Positions 9,140-17,096 of a stretch of 24,251 nt of DNA are shown in pieces. How positions within the stretch are numbered: the first letter of the stretch is position 1; the number at the start of each line of letters is the position of its first letter. Made by a program: the position numbers and the translations under genes. Where the stretch lies: positions 1 to 24,251 of IMG/VR virus record IMGVR_UViG_3300037350_000004. One strand, 5' to 3'. Under the pieces are notes generated by a model. It had not been told where the DNA came from, searched no databases, and worked only from the letters and a program-made list of their open reading frames with translations. The DNA is from a virus. Taxonomy: Duplodnaviria > Caudoviricetes.

Positions 9140-9724
9140 ATGACGACATCAAACGTCACTACGGGAACTAGTGTAGAAGCCAATGGCGAGGTACAGCCAT
9201 CAGGCATTCGCACACCTATGCGTCGGGTTTCTTCCACACAGAGATCCGACGCAGTTGTGGAGCTTACTCCAGAGGAAGCTGCTGAGCAATACCAAGGCGA
9301 GGCAGTAGATCCTCTGGAGGAGCTCCTTGCTTACGACTCGGAAAAGAAGTTCAACGACGAGTTGGACATGAGCCAGTACGGGTTCAAGTCCAAGTGGGTC
9401 ATTACCAATCTCACAGGGCCAGAACATTCTCAGCTCATCGAACGGGCTAGCAGGGTGGTAAAAAACACTGGCTCTGGGAGCCTCCAGAAGCAAATGGACG
9501 GCCAAAAGTTCCAGGCATTGGTGGTGGCCTATGGGGTAAAAAGCCCTAACCACAGAGACTCCAAGATTATGCGGAAATACGGTATGCGCCAGACGCAGGA
9601 AGACCGCCTGGTATTGGAGATCTACAAGAATCAGCCTGGTCTCATGCTCTACGTGTCAAATGCTATACTGGAACTGAGCGGTTTCCATGAGGATCTAGTG
9701 GAGGTTGCCAAAAGCTCTGATTGA
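9140..9724 (+). CDS. Tail assembly chaperone (XkdN-like)
   Basis: Follows the tube gene; motifs VKSPNHRD..IMRKYG and PG....VSNAILELSGF...LVEVAK; RBS agagg upstream. Confidence 0.85.
   Translation: MTTSNVTTGTSVEANGEVQPSGIRTPMRRVSSTQRSDAVVELTPEEAAEQYQGEAVDPLEELLAYDSEKKFNDELDMSQYGFKSKWVITNLTGPEHSQLIERASRVVKNTGSGSLQKQMDGQKFQALVVAYGVKSPNHRDSKIMRKYGMRQTQEDRLVLEIYKNQPGLMLYVSNAILELSGFHEDLVEVAKSSD
9700..9716 (+). promoter_or_regulatory. Candidate programmed +1 frameshift site GGAGGT-TGCC-AAA-A-GCT
   Basis: Chaperone frame reads GCC AAA AGC TCT GAT TGA; the downstream ORF reads AAA GCT CTG ATT in the +1 frame; an SD-like GGAGGT sits just upstream. Confidence 0.5.
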
Positions 9725-9932
9725 GTCTCATCCAGAGACCAATTTGTTAGCGAGAGTCTTCATTGAAACAGGCAGATTTCCCAACGAGGTATACAACTTG
9801 CCGCGTGGTGAGAGGGCGCTCGTGTACGCGTCTATAATCACTGGCGGCAAGTTCAAAGGTGGCGCAGGCGGAACTGCCAAGAATATCAAGTCGATGCTGG
9901 CTAAAGTGCGGACTGCGAAAGGTCTAGGCTAA
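9705..9932 (+). CDS. Second tail assembly chaperone segment (lambda gpT equivalent), probably made as a frameshift fusion with the upstream chaperone
   Basis: Overlaps the chaperone 3' end; only a TTG start with no properly spaced RBS. ETGRFPNEVYNLPRGERALVYASI matches the G..P.E.Y.LP.GE+.F..A pattern of XkdN-downstream ORFs. Confidence 0.75.
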   Translation: MPKALIESHPETNLLARVFIETGRFPNEVYNLPRGERALVYASIITGGKFKGGAGGTAKNIKSMLAKVRTAKGLG

Positions 9933-12900
9933 TGGCGGTAAGACGAGTCGTTGCTGCGATTGACGTTGTCATCAATGGGCAGCGTAATGTCGACCGTCTT
10001 GCCACAGCCTACAATAAGGTAGAGAACGCTGCCAACTCTACTATTCGCACTCTAGGCAGGGTCACTACATCGACTACTGCTACAGCAGCCGCGTTCAATA
10101 CTCTGGGCACGGGTCTACGCACTGCTACTGGCAGCTTTATGGGCTTTGTCAATGCTATCGATCGGGGTAGGGATCGCATTGACAGACACACAAGATCTAC
10201 ACGCGGCATGACGGACAACATCCTGTCGCTGACCAAGTCGATGCTCTTATTCTCTGTTATGTTGCCCATTGTGCAGTTTCCACAGAGGGTAATCGAGTCC
10301 TTTGGCGACTTTGTTAAAGTGGGTGCTGCGTGGCAGGACCAGATGCGCGTTTCGAACGGTCTTTTGAACCTTACTGAAGAGCAGTTCAAGAGCTTCAACG
10401 TGCAGGTCCAACAGATGTCTATCCGCAATGGCGTAGCCACTGAATCGATGAGAGAACTGCTCCAGACTGCGGCATCTAGCGTATCTGCCATTACGCCTAA
10501 TGTTCAAAAGATGGAACAGTTGGGTAAGGCGGCTTATGATGCTAGCGTAGCTCTTGAGCTGGCTAATCAAGCTTCACGCCTGGCTCGCTCTACTGGCACA
10601 GACGCTAAGAATGCTACAACCAGTTTGATCCAATCCATGGCTACCTATGGTTTGACGATCGAGCATGCGGCCGAAGTGTCTGACAAGCTGTTTGCTATTA
10701 CAGACGTCGGTACAGTAACACTTACTGAGCTGGAAAGTACGCTGCCTCGTGTCACAGCTGCGATGGGTCCTATGATCCAGCGGTATACTGAGGCTGGCGA
10801 CAAGATGAATGTCATGAATGAGTCTTTCGCTGCATTCGCGGCCATGACTCAGGTTATGCCAGCAGAGCAAGCAGCCACGTCTTTCGCCAACATCTACAAG
10901 AATATTTCTCAGATGACTGGCAAACAGAAGGATCTGGTAGAGGGTTGGGAAAAAGTTAGAAAAGCACAGGGCCTTGATGATAGACTAAGTCTCGCACCTG
11001 AGAAACTGCTAGATCAAGGGCCTATTGCTATTCTGACTCAGATGCGTAACGTCTTTGATCTACGCGGCAAGATGGTTGATGCTTACGTAGCTAATCAACG
11101 TCGTCAGGGTAGCACAGCCCCCGAAGAAGCTTTGCGCGTGACTGGACAAAGTCAGCTCTTGCAGGCGTACTTTGAAGACATGCGTGCTGTTCGTGGTTTC
11201 CAGCTCATTACTGCCGAGGGTTTGGCTAGAGTACAGAATGAGTTTAATGCAAGTGCGCCTGGGGCTGTAGAACGTGGTTTGACCCAGAGATCTAAGAGTT
11301 TCTTGGACGCACAACAAAGATTTGGTGCAGGGGCTACTGCCTTAAAGACATCTTTGTTTGAATCGATTGAACAACCACTAATTGGTGGTATTGATCCGAT
11401 TACCAACATGATGTCTAATCTGATTCAAAATGCAGATTTCCAGAATTCCGATTTCTTGTCTAAGATACGGATGATGGGCACTACGTTCCTGACATCTTTT
11501 GGCAACTGGTTCCGAGCTGGTGGGCGAGAACAGCTTACAACGGTTGGTAGAGACATCGGAACGTTTATTGGGCAAGCTGTAACTGGTTTCTTTGCTGGTG
11601 GTAAGGACAACGTTCTGGTTGAAGCAGCCACAGCCTTCTCAGCAGCGTTTGTATCGGGGATTGGACAGACGCTTCCAGAAATGCTTGGCAACATGTTGAG
11701 GAGTTCCATGGTCAAAGCGGTGGCTGAAATGATTGCTATCCGCTACATGACTAAAAGCGCATTACCTGCTGCTGCGAGTCGTACCCTTGCAGTCGCAGGT
11801 GCTTCAGCTCTTGAATTGGGACCAGCTGCTATGGAAGGTTATGCAGGTGGTATCCCAAGTGCATTGATGGGTGTGGTTGGCACTGGTCTGATTGCTGCGG
11901 GGGGTATGGCAGCGTTACAACGTGGATCTCGTGCTTTATTCAATGCTGGTACTACTGATGCTCGTGGTCCTGGCAGGAGAATAGGGTCTATTAGCGGCAT
12001 TAGAAGCCCAGGCGGTCTAATGCAAGCGATCAGCATTCTTGCAGCCAACCGTAGAGCTAATACCATGACTATTCCTGGGATGGTTCCAACGAGTGGTCCA
12101 GCATGGCCTGGAATCGGAGGAGTCTTACGGGGTGGTAGAGCAGTCGGGGGCAATGCTCTATTGTCTGCTGCTCTTACTATACCTGCTATTTTGAGTGCTG
12201 ATAGCGAAAGAGAAAAATGGAGCACTATAGGGGGAGCTATTGGTGGTATTGGCGGTGCCGCTCTTGGTGGTGCGCTTGGTGCTCCCATTGGTGGCATCGG
12301 TGGTTTCATTGCTGGTGCGGCTGGCGGTGTCTTTGGTGGTGGTCTTGGACAAGCTGCTGGCGGTGGTCTGTACGATCTCTTGCATCCTAGCACTGGTAGG
12401 GGTGGATTAGCTGAAGCAGATGCACCCGAGAGAGTGGCTGCGGCAGAAGTCTTCGCAACGGGTATTGACAACAGTCTTGCCATCCCATTGCTGCAAGGTA
12501 TCTTGAACACCTTGATACGCGGTGGAGGCAGTACACTTCTTGGGGCTGCGAGAACATCGGCTAGCACTCCTCAGGTAACTGGAAGAGGTCTGCAGAGTAG
12601 TTTCGTCAACCAGATGGATACGACGCAACTCACCGCAGCGCAAGCTCAAGCGGCATGTGGACCTGCGGCAGCGACGTTCTTTGCCAAAGCGTATGGTCGT
12701 AACCCAACACTGAAGGAAGCGTACTCAATTGTTTCTCAGATTCAGGGTGGTGATCCTAAGGATGTAGGTGGTACCAGAGGCGTAGCCACTCTCGGTGCTG
12801 CTTTGACCAGGATGGGTGTAACTAGCGAAGTATACGAGGGTTCCAATATTGACTGGGGTAGGCTGGCCGAGAACGCTAAGGTTGGTGTTCCTGGTATCGT

Positions 12901-13330
12901 TAATATTGGACCTCAAGGTAGATTCCCTGGTCACTTCTTCCAGATTGGTGGTTATGACCCATCCAATAACCGCTTCAATGTAGGTTCGTCTGGTACCAAT
13001 CTCCAAGGTGGCAAGGAGTGGATGACGCCAGAGGAGATGATGGCACTTGGTCCAAAGATGGGTGCTGTCTATGGTCTGGGGCGTACTGGTACAGGTGGCG
13101 GAAACATAACTGAAGCAGATATCGCTAACATTCCTAACACTGCGGGCACTGGAACAGGACCAGGCGGTGCGGGTGGTACGGTAACGGTCAATATCCAAAA
13201 CATGATGAATGTTGAGCATATGGACGGTACTACAGACATCAGGTCGCTAATGGGGCAAATGGCAGAGATCTTAAGACAACTGTCTACAGGTGGTTCTGTG
13301 GTTGGACAGAATGGGGTGGTTACACCATGA
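9932..13330 (+). CDS. Tape measure protein with a TP901-family-like core, glycine-zipper segment and C-terminal C39-like cysteine peptidase domain
   Basis: 1132 aa, Ala/Gly-rich and helical; DKLFAITDVGTVTLTEL...LPRV core; GGAIGGIGGAALGG zipper at ~12225-12370; NQ...ACGPAA and PGHFFQIGGYD near the C-terminus; follows the chaperones. Confidence 0.92.
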   Translation: MAVRRVVAAIDVVINGQRNVDRLATAYNKVENAANSTIRTLGRVTTSTTATAAAFNTLGTGLRTATGSFMGFVNAIDRGRDRIDRHTRSTRGMTDNILSLTKSMLLFSVMLPIVQFPQRVIESFGDFVKVGAAWQDQMRVSNGLLNLTEEQFKSFNVQVQQMSIRNGVATESMRELLQTAASSVSAITPNVQKMEQLGKAAYDASVALELANQASRLARSTGTDAKNATTSLIQSMATYGLTIEHAAEVSDKLFAITDVGTVTLTELESTLPRVTAAMGPMIQRYTEAGDKMNVMNESFAAFAAMTQVMPAEQAATSFANIYKNISQMTGKQKDLVEGWEKVRKAQGLDDRLSLAPEKLLDQGPIAILTQMRNVFDLRGKMVDAYVANQRRQGSTAPEEALRVTGQSQLLQAYFEDMRAVRGFQLITAEGLARVQNEFNASAPGAVERGLTQRSKSFLDAQQRFGAGATALKTSLFESIEQPLIGGIDPITNMMSNLIQNADFQNSDFLSKIRMMGTTFLTSFGNWFRAGGREQLTTVGRDIGTFIGQAVTGFFAGGKDNVLVEAATAFSAAFVSGIGQTLPEMLGNMLRSSMVKAVAEMIAIRYMTKSALPAAASRTLAVAGASALELGPAAMEGYAGGIPSALMGVVGTGLIAAGGMAALQRGSRALFNAGTTDARGPGRRIGSISGIRSPGGLMQAISILAANRRANTMTIPGMVPTSGPAWPGIGGVLRGGRAVGGNALLSAALTIPAILSADSEREKWSTIGGAIGGIGGAALGGALGAPIGGIGGFIAGAAGGVFGGGLGQAAGGGLYDLLHPSTGRGGLAEADAPERVAAAEVFATGIDNSLAIPLLQGILNTLIRGGGSTLLGAARTSASTPQVTGRGLQSSFVNQMDTTQLTAAQAQAACGPAAATFFAKAYGRNPTLKEAYSIVSQIQGGDPKDVGGTRGVATLGAALTRMGVTSEVYEGSNIDWGRLAENAKVGVPGIVNIGPQGRFPGHFFQIGGYDPSNNRFNVGSSGTNLQGGKEWMTPEEMMALGPKMGAVYGLGRTGTGGGNITEADIANIPNTAGTGTGPGGAGGTVTVNIQNMMNVEHMDGTTDIRSLMGQMAEILRQLSTGGSVVGQNGVVTP

Positions 13331-14853
13331 CAATGAACCCAGAGACAGGGCAAGGTTACGATGCTGTACAGGTAGGCGAAGAAGAGTACTTTGACCCCAA
13401 TGCTCAAGATCCAGAGAATTACCCTGGTTCTGTAGGGTTAATCATCCGAAAGAAGACGTATTGGCAGGGCGATGTAGAGTTCGATACGTTTGACACAGTA
13501 GGGCCGAAGTTTGGTCCCAAGTGGCCTGAAGGTACCATGAGAGTCTCAGGGCTTGGTACCGATTCAGATGTCTGGGGGCTTAGCGACAAAGAACCACCAG
13601 TAGGACCATATACACCGTGGCTCAAGAATGGTACTCAGGGTGGTGGTACCAACAGTGGCACCAATATATTCACATCTGTTAGAAAACCCTCTAGTGGTAT
13701 AGAGATAATACCCAAGCACGAGTGGACACCGTGTTACGAAGATGATGGTGAGCTGACTCTAGGGGAATTCGAGCAGCGTAACTATATTGATATCACTCTC
13801 CTCGGTGCATACGGTGGAGACATCAAGTTTCCCGTAATGCCCGAGGAGTTTGGGGCTGACTTCACACACGAGTATTGGACGCCAAGGGTAATTGGTCTTG
13901 GGGAGATCATTATGCCTGGCGGACAGTCAATGGAGACTATCAGTTGGGATAGCTTCTTTCCATCCCACTACGATGCAGATTACTGTAGCATATCGCCACT
14001 GGATTTGGAAGATCCTAGGTCTGTAACTGCGCGGCTTATCTGGACCATGCGGTTCAAGATGAACTGTATGCTCATCGTTGGTGGTGGTATTTGGAATGAT
14101 CAGGTAGTTATCACCAATTTCAACTACAGACACAAAGCTGGTGAAGTCTTCGACATCTATTACACTATCTCGCTCAAAAGGTACCGCGCACCAGTTGTAT
14201 CCACTAATCCCAACCCAGATGCTCTTTGGGATCGACGATCTGCTAAGGATCCGAGAGCACCTGTAAGGCCGTCTGCTGATTTGGCACCATTGGGACAAAT
14301 TCCAACGGATCTAAACGAGGGAGCGGTCGATGTTGTTCCAGACGAAGCTCCTGGTACACTTATTGGTCCTCCTGCCCCTGGTACTAGAGGATCTCTGGTT
14401 AGTTTAGAAACAGATGGTAAGGTCTTGGGGCAGCCTGCTAAAGATATTAGACAACCAGGCGGTCCAACGCCAGCTTGGAGTGAAACATTCCAGCAGGTGG
14501 TAGCCAGATTCTCCAAAGTAGGACCTAATACTATGGAGAAAATGCTGGAGCTGAATCCGTGGGTTATAGATAACAACTACAATCCATACACTACCCAATT
14601 GCCTGTTGGTGCTGGTGTCAATTACCTGAAGGATAATCCAGTTTCGGCGGCCAAACCAACCATCATTACAGACGCAGGTGCTGGAGAGTTCCTTAGGTCG
14701 ATTGATGAGGCGTTGGCAGAACCTAAGCGAGCGTTCCAAACCTATGATCCTAGTGAGTTGTTGCGGCGAGGTCGCCTGATAGGTCCGCCAGCTCCTGGTG
14801 TACCTGCCAATACACCGCAAAATATACCAGAGCAGGGTGGGATCAGGCGCTAA
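13327..14853 (+). CDS. Tail tube initiator / XkdP-like baseplate protein with a degenerate LysM-like domain
   Basis: FPVMPEE...VIGLGEII.PGG..METISWDSFFP...ITNFNY....GE..DIYYTISLKRYR is the XkdP-like pattern. ETFQQVVARF...MEKMLELNPWV...LPVG is LysM-like. Confidence 0.8.
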   Translation: MTMNPETGQGYDAVQVGEEEYFDPNAQDPENYPGSVGLIIRKKTYWQGDVEFDTFDTVGPKFGPKWPEGTMRVSGLGTDSDVWGLSDKEPPVGPYTPWLKNGTQGGGTNSGTNIFTSVRKPSSGIEIIPKHEWTPCYEDDGELTLGEFEQRNYIDITLLGAYGGDIKFPVMPEEFGADFTHEYWTPRVIGLGEIIMPGGQSMETISWDSFFPSHYDADYCSISPLDLEDPRSVTARLIWTMRFKMNCMLIVGGGIWNDQVVITNFNYRHKAGEVFDIYYTISLKRYRAPVVSTNPNPDALWDRRSAKDPRAPVRPSADLAPLGQIPTDLNEGAVDVVPDEAPGTLIGPPAPGTRGSLVSLETDGKVLGQPAKDIRQPGGPTPAWSETFQQVVARFSKVGPNTMEKMLELNPWVIDNNYNPYTTQLPVGAGVNYLKDNPVSAAKPTIITDAGAGEFLRSIDEALAEPKRAFQTYDPSELLRRGRLIGPPAPGVPANTPQNIPEQGGIRR

Positions 14854-17096
14854 TGCCGCTAATTGATAGCTCCACACCTAACATACGCGACCTTAAGATA
14901 GAGCAGTACAAGGTCGTGGTGGTGGATGCAGAGTTTGGCATTAGCCAGGACTTGTCGCAGTTGGTGTCTTCTATCCAATGGGATTACGACCTGGACCAGC
15001 CTGCGGAACACTATCAGATAAACTTTGTTCACACGATGAACATCTCTCAAAGGGTCAAGCCTGGTGATAGAATCAAGATATATGGGTGGGCTGTACGTCC
15101 GCTAGCAACTGGCTTTGAGATCTATTGGGAGCTACTCAAGAGAGTCTACATATCGTCTACTTCCATGAGTAGCGAGAATGGTGGTACGCTGCGGGCCACA
15201 GGCTATAATGTGATGTGGTTCTTGATGCGGAACAAAGACACCATTATGCTGAGCAACGAAACTGCTACTCAGTTCATCACCAGAACTGCTGCTTACTTTG
15301 GTATCCCGTTGTGGGGTACTGACGATGCACATCCGCAGGGAAGGCTACAAGACACTGGTGTGGTTCTTGAGCGCGAGGCGTTTATGAATCGCACTCTGTG
15401 GGATATGTGGGTATCTACACTATCCTATACAAGAGATATCAATCCAGATGCTCGTTTTCTGTTGCAGGAAAGAAATGGTGCTATAGACCTAGTTGCGCGT
15501 ACTTCTCCTGCTGCTGTGTGGGAGTTCCATCGTGGCAGGTTTATTCCTGGACCAGAGTCCTGGACTAATAACCCTGGCAATATTTTCTCCTCGCAGAACA
15601 ACTTTAGCATGGAGAACTACGCTAACGTTGTAAGGGTCTACAAAGGTCCTTCTTCATCGAATGGTGATAGTAGTGCGTTCTTTGAAGGTACCACTGCTGG
15701 TGGCACTGATCCAACACTTGTGTTTCAGATTCCGCCACAGCTTACGGTAGAAGCTGGTACTGACCCAGAGATTGTTAGATACGGCATGTTTGTTGAGTCT
15801 GTGGACCTACACATGCCTGGTGAGCAGGCGTTGGATCTTGGTAATGATGCTGCCAATGCTGAGCAGCAGGCTAAGAAGCTGTACGATAAGCTGGTCAAGT
15901 TTGAGAACACTGGCACTATTACTACCTTCAACGTCAACACCATACTCCCTGGTGACCCAGTACATATTCGCGATGATATCACAGGGATGGTTGGTGTATA
16001 CTATGTGAAGTCTGGTAGTCACGTGGTGTCGGATGAAGAAGCTTCGATGTCTCTTACGGTGAACATTGAAGATGCTCTGCCAGAGGAATATGCAGCCCGA
16101 CCACAGAAGAAGGATAAGACTGATGTCTTCTTTGGTGGGTTAGCGCCTGCGCCTGGCACCCCGAGCGGCCGCGAGTGGACAACTATGTCTGGATCAGTTA
16201 GTATTCCAGACCGCTATGCGCTGGCTGTAGCAGCAGGGTTCAAGCCTGGTGACGAAGCGATTACCATGACTACGATCAGTCTATACGAGTGTGGTAATTG
16301 TGATATGTCTTTACCCAATGCTACGAACGACGTTGGGCTGTGGCAGATCAACGCGGTACACTGGCCTGTCTATGGTGGCCCAGATATCTTGAAGAATCCA
16401 CCTGCAAATGCTAGAGCTGCGTTTGGTATCTTCTCTGGAGCTGGTGGCAATCCCAATGGTTTCAAGCAGTGGCATGTGTATCCTAACTGGAATGGTGCTG
16501 GTGCTGGGACACCTCAGTCTGCATTTGATGCCAAGAAGGCCGAAGTGGCTGCGCTTGTAGCCAGTGGCGGTAACACCTCACAGACGTCGTGGTTGCCTAC
16601 TGATTTGCGGGGTAAGCTACCCACCAACCACGAAGCTGAATATGCTAAGCGAAGCCTGGCAGACATCACTGGAGTAACCCTGCACTACACTGCTATGGCA
16701 CCTACCGTGGAGGTGTATGCAGTTGCGTCCTACCAGACTTCGGAAGCAGCCAGGGGACAAACTGGCGCTGGCGTCCCCTTCCCTGGTTTGGCGTATACTT
16801 TGTTTGTGGAACTCAATGGTAAGACCACTCTAGCTTGGGATCTTGATGTAGCAACCTGGCATAACTCAGCATACAATAGAAATACTACCAATGTCGGTAT
16901 ATGTTATGCTGGAGATGTTGCACCAAGCGAAGAGCAGATTACTGCGATGGCTCAATCCATTGGGTGGCTCCAGAAGCAACTAGGCAGGCAACTTGGTATC
17001 GATGGACATAAGGATACTTATGCTACCGAGTGTCCTGGCGCATCATGGCCTGCTTGGAAACAAAAGGTAGTTGACAGGATTCCATTGACGCTATGA
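14853..17096 (+). CDS. Baseplate hub (XkdQ/YqbQ-like) fused to lytic transglycosylase (SLT-like) and N-acetylmuramoyl-L-alanine amidase (Amidase_2) domains
   Basis: Hub part: [45 protein letters not shown]....MSLTV. SLT part: AVAAGF...ISLYE...DVGLWQIN...NPPANARAA...FKQW. Amidase part: [27 protein letters not shown]...TECPG. Confidence 0.85.
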   Translation: MPLIDSSTPNIRDLKIEQYKVVVVDAEFGISQDLSQLVSSIQWDYDLDQPAEHYQINFVHTMNISQRVKPGDRIKIYGWAVRPLATGFEIYWELLKRVYISSTSMSSENGGTLRATGYNVMWFLMRNKDTIMLSNETATQFITRTAAYFGIPLWGTDDAHPQGRLQDTGVVLEREAFMNRTLWDMWVSTLSYTRDINPDARFLLQERNGAIDLVARTSPAAVWEFHRGRFIPGPESWTNNPGNIFSSQNNFSMENYANVVRVYKGPSSSNGDSSAFFEGTTAGGTDPTLVFQIPPQLTVEAGTDPEIVRYGMFVESVDLHMPGEQALDLGNDAANAEQQAKKLYDKLVKFENTGTITTFNVNTILPGDPVHIRDDITGMVGVYYVKSGSHVVSDEEASMSLTVNIEDALPEEYAARPQKKDKTDVFFGGLAPAPGTPSGREWTTMSGSVSIPDRYALAVAAGFKPGDEAITMTTISLYECGNCDMSLPNATNDVGLWQINAVHWPVYGGPDILKNPPANARAAFGIFSGAGGNPNGFKQWHVYPNWNGAGAGTPQSAFDAKKAEVAALVASGGNTSQTSWLPTDLRGKLPTNHEAEYAKRSLADITGVTLHYTAMAPTVEVYAVASYQTSEAARGQTGAGVPFPGLAYTLFVELNGKTTLAWDLDVATWHNSAYNRNTTNVGICYAGDVAPSEEQITAMAQSIGWLQKQLGRQLGIDGHKDTYATECPGASWPAWKQKVVDRIPLTL

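Noticed and set aside
4010-17096. Tailocin or extracellular contractile injection system
   Set aside because: Head-tail adaptor, head-closure and HK97 gp10-like genes imply a capsid-bearing particle; no eCIS AAA+ ATPase or cap gene seen.
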